A DNA stretch of 64,000 nucleotides from an uncultured Clostridia bacterium. Its GTDB lineage: Bacteria > Bacillota > Clostridia > TANB77 > CAG-508. Location: assembly GCA_934122115.1 (NCBI GenBank), contig CAKOVU010000003.1, forward strand, positions 64,442 to 128,441, read 5' to 3'. A program made the translations under genes and the position numbers. The notes under the pieces were generated by a model. The model was not told where the DNA came from and searched no databases. It saw only the letters and a list, made by a program, of their open reading frames with translations. This document shows positions 50,306 through 58,496 of this stretch, piece after piece (position 1 is the first letter of the stretch; each line of letters starts with the position of its first letter).

Positions 50306-50683
50306 TTATAAAGAGTTATTACCAGGGATAAAATAATCAACTACACCATATATTAAAGCGCCTATTATTGCAGCTACCCATGAAATAGCATAACCAGCAA
50401 CAAAATATTGCGTTACATATAATACGACTGCGGCTAAAACAAATCCTACAAATCCTTTACCGAATGTGCTAGCATGTAATCCTGTAAATTTAGTAATTAA
50501 AAAATCAATTACAGTTAAAACAATAGCAGCGATTATTAAAGACCAAATATTATTTATTGAAAAACCAGGAGTAAAGAAAGCTGTGATAGCTAAAATTACG
50601 GCTGATGTAAGCAATCTCCATAATATTTGACCAAATGTACTGGTATTATCTGTAGTACTTTGGATTTCAACGTTACTACTCAT
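50306..50683 (-). CDS. DUF360 / phage-holin_4-like small membrane protein.
   Basis: 125 aa, four TM segments. Confidence 0.5.
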   Translation of the reverse strand: MSSNVEIQSTTDNTSTFGQILWRLLTSAVILAITAFFTPGFSINNIWSLIIAAIVLTVIDFLITKFTGLHASTFGKGFVGFVLAAVVLYVTQYFVAGYAISWVAAIIGALIYGVVDYFIPGNNSL

Positions 50684-50849
50684 ATGGAACCTCCTATTAA
50701 AAATTAGAGAAAGTACATAAACTTTTTAATATCTATAAAAGTATTATTTACACTTTTTTTATTATTATACATGTATTATAAAATAATGAATAATTAAACG
50801 AAAAAAACTAAAAATAAAAGAAAAATAGAGGTAAAGGAAAGATAGTTTT

Positions 50850-51542
50850 ATGCTAATTATATTTTTTCGTTCAATTATATTATATATAGTAGTTTTAATA
50901 GTAATGAGATTAATGGGAAAGAGAGAAATAGGACAACTTCAACCATTTGAGCTTGCAATATCTATAATGATATCAGAGCTTGCTTCAATTCCTATGACTG
51001 AAGTGGGGATACCAATATCAAATGGTATTGTTCCAATTTTAGGATTATTATTGATGCATTTAGTCATATCTTTCGCAAATATGAAAAGCATAAAAATAAG
51101 AGAGCTAATGTGTGGCAAACCTAGTATATTAATATATCAAGGTAGAATAGATGAAAAAGTGTTAAAAAAAGAAAGGTTTACCTTAAATGAGCTAGAGGAA
51201 AAATTAAGAAGCAATAATATAATGGATATTGGAGATGTAGAATACGCAATTCTAGAAACAAGCGGTGATATATCTGTAATTCAAAAACCAAATAAAAGAA
51301 CAGTAACACCGGAAGACTTAAACATCATGCCGGATTATGAAGGATTATCATACGATTTGGTTATTGATGGAAAGGTATTGGAAGATAATCTTCAAAAAAT
51401 TGGAAAAAGCTATGAATGGCTAAAAGCACAAACAAATAAATTTCAAATGATGCCAGAGGAAGCACTAATAGTAACAATAAATGCAAAGGGAAAAATGTTT
51501 TGTCAGAAGCGAGAAGATTTGAAGAAGAAAGGAAAGAAATAG
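50850..51542 (+). CDS. DUF421 (YetF-like) membrane protein.
   Basis: 'MGKREIGQLQPFELAISIMISELAS' characteristic N-terminus. Confidence 0.7.
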   Translation: MLIIFFRSIILYIVVLIVMRLMGKREIGQLQPFELAISIMISELASIPMTEVGIPISNGIVPILGLLLMHLVISFANMKSIKIRELMCGKPSILIYQGRIDEKVLKKERFTLNELEEKLRSNNIMDIGDVEYAILETSGDISVIQKPNKRTVTPEDLNIMPDYEGLSYDLVIDGKVLEDNLQKIGKSYEWLKAQTNKFQMMPEEALIVTINAKGKMFCQKREDLKKKGKK

Positions 51543-51544
51543 GT

Positions 51545-51943
51545 ATGCAAAAAGAAATGATTATAGTTGTAATTATAATAATTGTAGTGTTGGCTGTGAA
51601 TATAACAACAGATAAATATACAAACAACTGTGTTTCTGCAATAAACCTGAAGCTTGAAGAAATTTGCGATATGGCAAGTGCTAGTTTAGAAGAGGAAAGA
51701 GAAAATAACCAAATGATAGAAAAGATGGATGCATTAAGAGAAGAATGGAGCAATTTTAGCAAAAAATTAGCTTTTTATATTGAACATGATGAAATAGAAA
51801 AAGTTGATACATCCATTGTTGAGATAAATGAATATATAAAACTAGGATTATATGATGAAGCTATTCCTGAAATAAGAAAATGCAGTTTTATATTAGAACA
51901 TATAAAAAACAAGGGAAAATTGCAAGTAATAAACTTATTTTAG
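51545..51943 (+). CDS. Small membrane-anchored protein, possibly DUF4363 (commonly paired with DUF421).
   Basis: N-terminal TM helix 'MIIVVIIIIVVLAV'. Starts 3 nt after the DUF421 stop. The ORF-track start at 51500 overlaps the upstream gene and is less likely. Confidence 0.35.
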   Translation: MQKEMIIVVIIIIVVLAVNITTDKYTNNCVSAINLKLEEICDMASASLEEERENNQMIEKMDALREEWSNFSKKLAFYIEHDEIEKVDTSIVEINEYIKLGLYDEAIPEIRKCSFILEHIKNKGKLQVINLF

Positions 51944-52442
51944 CGTAAATTCTAGTTTCTTTAATTTTTGAGTTATAATAATCTTTGGCAGATTTCAATG
52001 CACTGTATTTATCAACCAATGTGATTATAAAAGTTTCCATATGTTTTGGAAAGGCAAAAAAGGTAACTGGCCACATATGTTTTACTATAATGTCTTTTTC
52101 TTTTTCATTTAAGTCAAATAGCTTTGAAGAATTTTCTAAAGCTATTTTAGGATGAATAAAAGCATGATAAGAGCTTAAATTCAACTCTTTTCTTGAATTA
52201 CGCCAATCATACAAAAATAAGTCATGCAAAAGCCCAGCCCTTGCAGCCGAAACGTAATCAAGTTTTAATTTTTTACAGATTTTATATGATATATAAGAAA
52301 CTTCTAAGCAATGTTGCAAACAGTTTGAGTTGTAATGTTGCCTGAAATTAGCCATTTTTTTAACAGTTGGATTTTTAAAAATATCCAAAATTATATTTAT
52401 GTACTCTATATTATCTTGAGTGTTTATAGTATATTTAATCAT
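51888..52442 (-). CDS. HD-domain phosphohydrolase.
   Basis: 'LLHDLFLYDW' HD motif with preceding His residues. 184 aa. Confidence 0.55.
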   Translation of the reverse strand: MIKYTINTQDNIEYINIILDIFKNPTVKKMANFRQHYNSNCLQHCLEVSYISYKICKKLKLDYVSAARAGLLHDLFLYDWRNSRKELNLSSYHAFIHPKIALENSSKLFDLNEKEKDIIVKHMWPVTFFAFPKHMETFIITLVDKYSALKSAKDYYNSKIKETRIYAKISLLLAIFPCFLYVLI

Positions 52443-52550
52443 TTTTACCTCTTAAGTTATTAATATGTTTCACAATTACATTATAACACACCTAATTTGA
52501 AATATAAATATAATTTGACAAACTAAATTATATAATGTAAAATATTATTT

Positions 52551-52888
52551 GGTAAGTTAAGTGATCGCGTATAGCACGGCCGAAAGGCGGCGTACGAGGA
52601 AAGTCCGGGCTCCATAGAGCAATGATGCTGGATAACGTCCAGTGAGGGAAACCTTAAGGAAAGTGCAACAGAAAATAACCGCCTATGTGGTAAGGATGAA
52701 AAGGCGAGGTAAGAGCTCACCGCCTTTGTGGAGACACAAAGGGTCAGTGTAAACCCCATCTGGAGCAACACCGAGACAAGAAGGCTAAGACTGCTCGTCA
52801 TCTTCTTAATTTGGTGGCTTGAGACATATAGCAATATATGTACTAGATAAATGATCACTCACGACAGAACCCGGCTTATAGGCTTACC
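52551..52888 (+). ncRNA. rnpB: RNase P RNA, class B (Firmicute type).
   Basis: 'GAGGAAAGTCCGGGCTCCATAG' near the 5' end and '...GACAGAACCCGGCTTATAGGCTTACC' at the 3' end, pairing with 5' GGTAAG. A GC-rich island with no plausible protein-coding ORF. Confidence 0.85.
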
Positions 52889-53780
52889 ATTTATAATTTA
52901 ATATTTGTTTCATATCACTTGGTAATTCTGAAGTAATTACCATTTTTTTATTTGTAAGTGGGTTAAAAAATTCTATTTTATAAGCATGCAAAGCTTGCCT
53001 AGCTATAAAAGGTGAAGTATTTCCATACAAACTATCGCCAATAATAGGATGACCAAGATAACTAGTATGAACACGAATTTGATGGGTTCTACCTGTTATT
53101 AAATTTATATCCAAAACTGATAAACTGGTAGGAGAGCTTAATTCTTGTATTACTTTATAATTCGTGATGGCAGAATCACCTAAAGGGTTAACACATCTTT
53201 CAATAATACTATTTTCTTTTCTAGCAATAGGAAAATCTATAATACCTTCTTTAAAATCAAAAATGCCCTCACAAATTGCAATATATTTTTTCTTTAAAAT
53301 TTTGTGTTGCATTTGTTGTGATAATATATTATGAATATATTCATTTTTAGCGAAAATAACAATTCCTGATGTATCTCTATCCAATCTATTTACAGGGCGA
53401 ATTTTTTTATGTAATTTAATATTATCAAAATAAAATCTTACTCCATTTGAAAGACTATCCGCATAGTGCTGCATAGAAGGATGAACTGGTATTCCTGCAG
53501 GTTTATCTAATATTAAAAGCCCTTCATCTTCATATAGAATATTTAATTCCATTTCAGATGGTAAAATATTAGAATTATCTTCTACAAAGTCTATTAATAT
53601 AGTTATTTTATCATTTGGATTTAAAAATCTATCTAAATAAGTAGGCTCTCCATTAAGTAAAATTTTTTGTTCCTTTTTTAATTTTAATATAAGTCTAGCA
53701 GATAAATGAAATCTCTCTTTTAGAACTTGTCTTAAATATATGTAGTTATCTTCATTGATTTTTGTGTATTCTAATATCAT
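52884..53780 (-). CDS. RluA-family 23S rRNA pseudouridine synthase (RluD/YlyB-like).
   Basis: 'HRLDRDTSGIVIFAKN' catalytic Asp motif. An S4-like N-terminus. Confidence 0.85.
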   Translation of the reverse strand: MILEYTKINEDNYIYLRQVLKERFHLSARLILKLKKEQKILLNGEPTYLDRFLNPNDKITILIDFVEDNSNILPSEMELNILYEDEGLLILDKPAGIPVHPSMQHYADSLSNGVRFYFDNIKLHKKIRPVNRLDRDTSGIVIFAKNEYIHNILSQQMQHKILKKKYIAICEGIFDFKEGIIDFPIARKENSIIERCVNPLGDSAITNYKVIQELSSPTSLSVLDINLITGRTHQIRVHTSYLGHPIIGDSLYGNTSPFIARQALHAYKIEFFNPLTNKKMVITSELPSDMKQILNYKW

Positions 53781-53842
53781 AAATGCTCCTATTACAAAAT
53801 AATAAAGGTATTATATCACAAATAATATATAAAAAATAGACC

Positions 53843-53871
53843 TTGTACTTTTCCGAATTTGCATATATAAT
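53843..53871 (+). promoter_or_regulatory. Putative sigma-A promoter of the pta-ackA operon (TTGTAC, 17 nt spacer, TATAAT).
   Basis: Sequence motifs at 53843-53848 and 53866-53871. Confidence 0.45.
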
Positions 53872-53903
53872 AAAGGAGTAAAATTAATTAGGAGGACATT
53901 AAT

Positions 53904-54908
53904 ATGACTTTTATAGATGCAATGAAAGAAAAGGCTAGAAAAGATATAAAAAATATTGTATTGCCAGAAGCAGACGATGTAAGAGTTTTAAAGGCCACAG
54001 AAATGGTTTTAAATGAAGGTTTTGCTAATATAATATTAATAGGTGATACAGATGAAATTAAAAATCTGGCTAAAGAGAATAATATAAATATCGATGGAGT
54101 TCAAATAATAAATCCATTGACATCAACTAAACTTAGAAAATATTCTGATGATTTATATGAATTAAGAAAAGCAAAAGGAATGACTATTGAGCAGGCACAA
54201 GAACTTTTAAAAACAAATAGCAGATATTTTGCTACAATGATGGTAAAATCTGGAGATGCAGATGGATTTGTTTCAGGAGCAAATCACCCTACATCTGATA
54301 CACTAAGACCAGCATTACAAATTTTAAAAACTGCACCAAATACCAAGTTGGTATCTGCATTTTTTGTAATGGTAGTTCCAGAATGTGATTATGGAGAAAA
54401 TGGAATTTTTGTTTTTGCGGATTGTGGGCTCAATGAATATCCTGATGCAGAAGCATTATCAGAAATAGCAATATCATCAGCAGAAAGCTTTAAAGAATTA
54501 GTAGGAAAAGAACCTAAAGTAGCAATGCTTTCATATTCTACAATGGGAAGTGCACATTCACCATTAACAGAGAAGGTTGTAGAAGCTACGAAATTATTAA
54601 AAAGCAAGAAGCCGGATTTGATATGTGACGGAGAAATACAATTAGATGCAGCTATAATTCCAGAGATAGCGGAAAGAAAAGCACCAAATAGCCCATTAAA
54701 GGGGGAATCTAATATTTTAATATTCCCAGATTTAGATGCTGGAAATATTGGATACAAATTAACTCAAAGATTTGGAAAAGCAGAAGCATATGGGCCTCTA
54801 TGCCAAGGAATTTCTAAAGCTGTAAACGATTTATCTAGAGGTTGTTCAAGCTCTGATATAGCTGGTGTAGTAGCTATAACTGCAGTTCAAGCTCAAAATA
54901 TAAAATAA
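53904..54908 (+). CDS. pta: Phosphate acetyltransferase.
   Basis: 334 aa, near-colinear with clostridial Pta ('IVLPEADDVRVLKA...', 'SRGCSSSDIAGVVAITAVQAQ'). Confidence 0.9.
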   Translation: MTFIDAMKEKARKDIKNIVLPEADDVRVLKATEMVLNEGFANIILIGDTDEIKNLAKENNINIDGVQIINPLTSTKLRKYSDDLYELRKAKGMTIEQAQELLKTNSRYFATMMVKSGDADGFVSGANHPTSDTLRPALQILKTAPNTKLVSAFFVMVVPECDYGENGIFVFADCGLNEYPDAEALSEIAISSAESFKELVGKEPKVAMLSYSTMGSAHSPLTEKVVEATKLLKSKKPDLICDGEIQLDAAIIPEIAERKAPNSPLKGESNILIFPDLDAGNIGYKLTQRFGKAEAYGPLCQGISKAVNDLSRGCSSSDIAGVVAITAVQAQNIK

Positions 54909-54922
54909 AATAGGAGGTAAGT

Positions 54923-56116
54923 ATGAAAATACTAGTACTGAATTGTGGAAGTTCATCTTTAAAATATCAGTTAATTAATATGGAAGATGAAACAGTAATA
55001 GCTAAAGGCTATTTTGAAAGAATTGGTCATTATGATTCTTTTGTTACTCATAAAGTAAATGGTGAAAAATACAGATATGATGTAATTGCTAGAGACCATG
55101 GGGAAGCAATAAAATTCGTATTAAAACAATTTACTGATCCGAAATATCCTGTAATTTCTAGCTTAGACGAAATAACTGCGATAGGTCATAGAGTAGTACA
55201 TGGAGGAGAAAAATTTAAAGAATCAGTTATTGTAAATGAAGATGTGAAAAAGGGAATAGAGGATGCCATCGTATTTGCTCCACTACACAATCCTGCTCAT
55301 TTGCAAGGAATAAAAGCTTGTGAATTAAATTTACCAGGGAAAGTAAATGTAGCAGTTTTTGACACAGCATTTCATCAAACAATGCCAAAAGAGCATTATT
55401 TATATCCAATACCATATGAATATTATGAAAAATATGGTATCAGAAAATATGGAGCTCACGGCACATCTCATAAATATATAGCAAATAGAATAGCAGAATT
55501 ATTGGGGAAGCCAATTGAAGATTTAAAAATTATTAGTTGTCATATTGGTCAAGGTGCAAGCATTTGTGCTATACAAAACGGAAAAAGCGTAGATACTTCC
55601 ATGGGGCTAACGCCATTAGGAGGTGTAGCAATGGGAAGCAGGTCTGGAGATTTGGATCCATCGGTTGTTACATTCTTGATGGAGAAAGAAAATTTAAATC
55701 CAGCTCAAATGGAACATATTTTAAATAAAAAATCTGGTTTATATGCATTATCAGGAATTTCTTCTGATAACAGAGATGTTGAAAGAGCCATTGCACAAGG
55801 TGATCAAAGAGCAATTGATTCTTTAAAAGAATACGATTATATTATTGCTCAATATATAGGAAAATATGCTGTTACAATGAACGGGGTGGATGTTATAACA
55901 TTTACAGCAGGAGTTGGAGAAAAAGGACCTGTTACAAGATCTGATGTATGTAAATACTTAGGATTTATGGGTGTGGAGTTAGATGAAGAAATAAATAATA
56001 CAACAAAAGATACGGAGAAAGATATTTCTAAAGAAAGTTCTAAGGTAAAAGTTTGGGTTGTTCCTACTAACGAAGAGTTAATGATAGCAAGGGAAACAGC
56101 AAATTTAATAAAATAA
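54923..56116 (+). CDS. ackA: Acetate kinase (copy 1).
   Basis: 'MKILVLNCGSSSLKYQL', 397 aa. Confidence 0.95.
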   Translation: MKILVLNCGSSSLKYQLINMEDETVIAKGYFERIGHYDSFVTHKVNGEKYRYDVIARDHGEAIKFVLKQFTDPKYPVISSLDEITAIGHRVVHGGEKFKESVIVNEDVKKGIEDAIVFAPLHNPAHLQGIKACELNLPGKVNVAVFDTAFHQTMPKEHYLYPIPYEYYEKYGIRKYGAHGTSHKYIANRIAELLGKPIEDLKIISCHIGQGASICAIQNGKSVDTSMGLTPLGGVAMGSRSGDLDPSVVTFLMEKENLNPAQMEHILNKKSGLYALSGISSDNRDVERAIAQGDQRAIDSLKEYDYIIAQYIGKYAVTMNGVDVITFTAGVGEKGPVTRSDVCKYLGFMGVELDEEINNTTKDTEKDISKESSKVKVWVVPTNEELMIARETANLIK

Positions 56117-56137
56117 AATTAATAAGGAGAAAAAATA

Positions 56138-57328
56138 ATGAAAATACTAGTTTTAAATTGTGGAAGTTCATCACTAAAATATCAATTAATCAATATGGAT
56201 AATGAAAGAGTTATTGCTAAAGGAAATTTTGAGAGAATAGGAGAGAAAAAATCATTTCTAACACATAAAATTGATGGAAAGAAATTTGTATATAATGAAG
56301 TTGCAATGAATCATGAAGATGCATTGAATTTGATTATGAAAGAATTATTAAATCCAGATCATAAAGCAATTGACAGCCTAAAGGAAATAAATGCTATAGG
56401 GCATAGAATTGTTGGTGGAGGAGAAATTTTTGATAAATCTGTATTAATCGACGAAGAAGCTTTAAAGGGAATTCAAGATTGTGCAAAATTGGCTCCATTA
56501 CATAACCCAGCAGCAATACTAGGAATAAAAGCTTGCCAAAAAGCTATGCCTGGAGTACCGATGGTAGCAGCTTTTGATACTGCATTCCATCAAACAATGC
56601 CAAAGGAAAATTATTTATATCCAATACCTTATGAATATTATGAAAAATATGGAATTAGAAAATATGGAGCTCATGGTACATCACACAAATATGTTGCACA
56701 AAGAGCAGCAAAACTTATGAATAAAAATATAGAAGATTTAAAAATAGTTACTTGCCATTTAGGACAAGGAGCTAGTATATGTGCAGTACAAGGAGGAAAA
56801 AGCGTAGATACTTCAATGGGGTTAACACCATTAGGAGGAATTGCAATGGTTACACGTTCTGGTGACTTAGATCCATCAGTTGTTACAGCTATTATGAAAA
56901 AAGAAAATTTAACCCCTGATGAAATGGAAAGCATTTTAAATAAAAAGTCAGGTCTAACTGCTATGTGCAAATTAGTTCCAGATTTTAGAGAAATAGAAAA
57001 TGCTTCAAATGAAGGAAATCCAGATGCGGTAGTTGCTATAAATAAATTTGTTTCTACTATAGCTCAATATGTAGCAAGATATGCAGCTGTTATGGAAGGA
57101 ATAGATGCAATTGTATTTACTGGGGGAATCGGAGAAAACCAATTCAGAATAAGAAATAAGATTTGCAAGAAATTGAAATTTATGGGTGTGGATTTTGATG
57201 AAGAAAAAAACAATGAATTTAGAGATGAAGGAGAAATCTCGAAGCCAGATTCTAAGGTAAAAGTATTTGTAATACCAACTGATGAGGAAATGGTTATTGC
57301 AAGAGATACATTAAATTTAATTTCTTAA
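56138..57328 (+). CDS. Acetate kinase paralog (copy 2, tandem).
   Basis: 'MKILVLNCGSSSLKYQLINMDNERVIAKGNFERIG'. About 60 to 65 % identical to copy 1 over the full length. Confidence 0.9.
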   Translation: MKILVLNCGSSSLKYQLINMDNERVIAKGNFERIGEKKSFLTHKIDGKKFVYNEVAMNHEDALNLIMKELLNPDHKAIDSLKEINAIGHRIVGGGEIFDKSVLIDEEALKGIQDCAKLAPLHNPAAILGIKACQKAMPGVPMVAAFDTAFHQTMPKENYLYPIPYEYYEKYGIRKYGAHGTSHKYVAQRAAKLMNKNIEDLKIVTCHLGQGASICAVQGGKSVDTSMGLTPLGGIAMVTRSGDLDPSVVTAIMKKENLTPDEMESILNKKSGLTAMCKLVPDFREIENASNEGNPDAVVAINKFVSTIAQYVARYAAVMEGIDAIVFTGGIGENQFRIRNKICKKLKFMGVDFDEEKNNEFRDEGEISKPDSKVKVFVIPTDEEMVIARDTLNLIS

Positions 57329-57341
57329 TTATAAATAAAAA

Positions 57342-57393
57342 GTATTCTTTATATTGTTACTCCTTATGAGCTACAATTAAAGGATACTTTTTT
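57342..57393 (+). terminator. Possible terminator after ackA2 (10-bp stem with a long loop, then T6).
   Basis: GTATTCTTTA ... TAAAGGATAC followed by TTTTTT. Confidence 0.35.
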
Positions 57394-58402
57394 AATAGTT
57401 GGCAAGAGGATTATCTTCAACTGCATGTCTAATTTGATCGTTATTTACGTGTGTGTATATTTCTGTTGTAGATATACTTTCATGTCCTAAAAGCTCTTGT
57501 AAAGCTCTAATATCAACATTGCCATATTGGTACATTAAGGTTGCTGCCGTATGCCTTAGTTTGTGAACAGAATATTTATTAGTATCAAGACCAGCCTTAG
57601 TTAATTCATTTTTTACTATATATTGTACTGTTCTATTGCTGATTCTTTCTAATCTTTCGCTTAAGAATAAAGCTTTTTCTGAGCCAGATCGAATTCCTTG
57701 TTTAGACCTTATGGATAAATATTGATTAATAGCCTCCATACAAGCTTTGTTCAAATATATAGTTCTTTCTTTGTTTCCTTTACCAATTACATTCATCTTA
57801 CATTCTGAAAATTCAATATCATTTATATTTATCCCTACTAATTCTGATAAACGCATACCACAATTTAAAAATAGTGTTATTATTGCAAAATCTCGTTCTT
57901 TATTTCTATCATTATCATCCTGAATGGTAGCATTTAATAATTTTTTACTCTCGTCAAGGGATAAATATCGTGGTATTCTTTTTCCAATTTTAGGAGTTTC
58001 TAAGTTTAAAGCAGGGTTAGTATCTATTAAGCCTTTTTTCTGGCAAAGATAATTAAAAAATACTCTAATGGAAGAGGCTTTGCGTGCTCTTGTAGCAGGT
58101 TTGCTTTGAAATGTATTAGCTAAATAAAATAGATATGAATGTATGTCATCTAAAGTAATTTTGCTTATTGTTTCTATTGTCATATCTTTAATTGGTATGG
58201 CTGCTAAATCTTCTTCATCTGTCATATGATAATGCTTTTTTATATATTTAAGAAATCTGTTAATGTCATAGTTGTATTCCTTTACAGTATTTGGCGATTT
58301 GTTTAATATTGTTGCAGTATATTCTAAAAAAGAATTAAGAAATTCTGGATTTTCATCTGTATTTATCATTAATAAGCATCCTTTCAAAAGTAATATAAAC
58401 AT
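57392..58402 (-). CDS. Tyrosine site-specific recombinase (phage-integrase family, XerC/D-like).
   Basis: R...HxxR...Y catalytic residues ('GMRLSEL', 'HKLRHTAAT', 'LLGHESISTTEIYTHV'). N-terminal SAM-like core-binding domain. Confidence 0.85.
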   Translation of the reverse strand: MFILLLKGCLLMINTDENPEFLNSFLEYTATILNKSPNTVKEYNYDINRFLKYIKKHYHMTDEEDLAAIPIKDMTIETISKITLDDIHSYLFYLANTFQSKPATRARKASSIRVFFNYLCQKKGLIDTNPALNLETPKIGKRIPRYLSLDESKKLLNATIQDDNDRNKERDFAIITLFLNCGMRLSELVGININDIEFSECKMNVIGKGNKERTIYLNKACMEAINQYLSIRSKQGIRSGSEKALFLSERLERISNRTVQYIVKNELTKAGLDTNKYSVHKLRHTAATLMYQYGNVDIRALQELLGHESISTTEIYTHVNNDQIRHAVEDNPLANY

Positions 58403-58496
58403 ATTATATAATTGGGATATTTTAAAGTCAACAAACTAATGAAATTTATATTATTAAAATTTATAATATGTGACATAATAAGAAAAAATTAAATCA

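Noticed and set aside
52523-52858. 111-aa ORF on the minus strand.
   Set aside because: Lies entirely within the RNase P RNA gene. It is GC-rich structured RNA and shows no protein-like composition.
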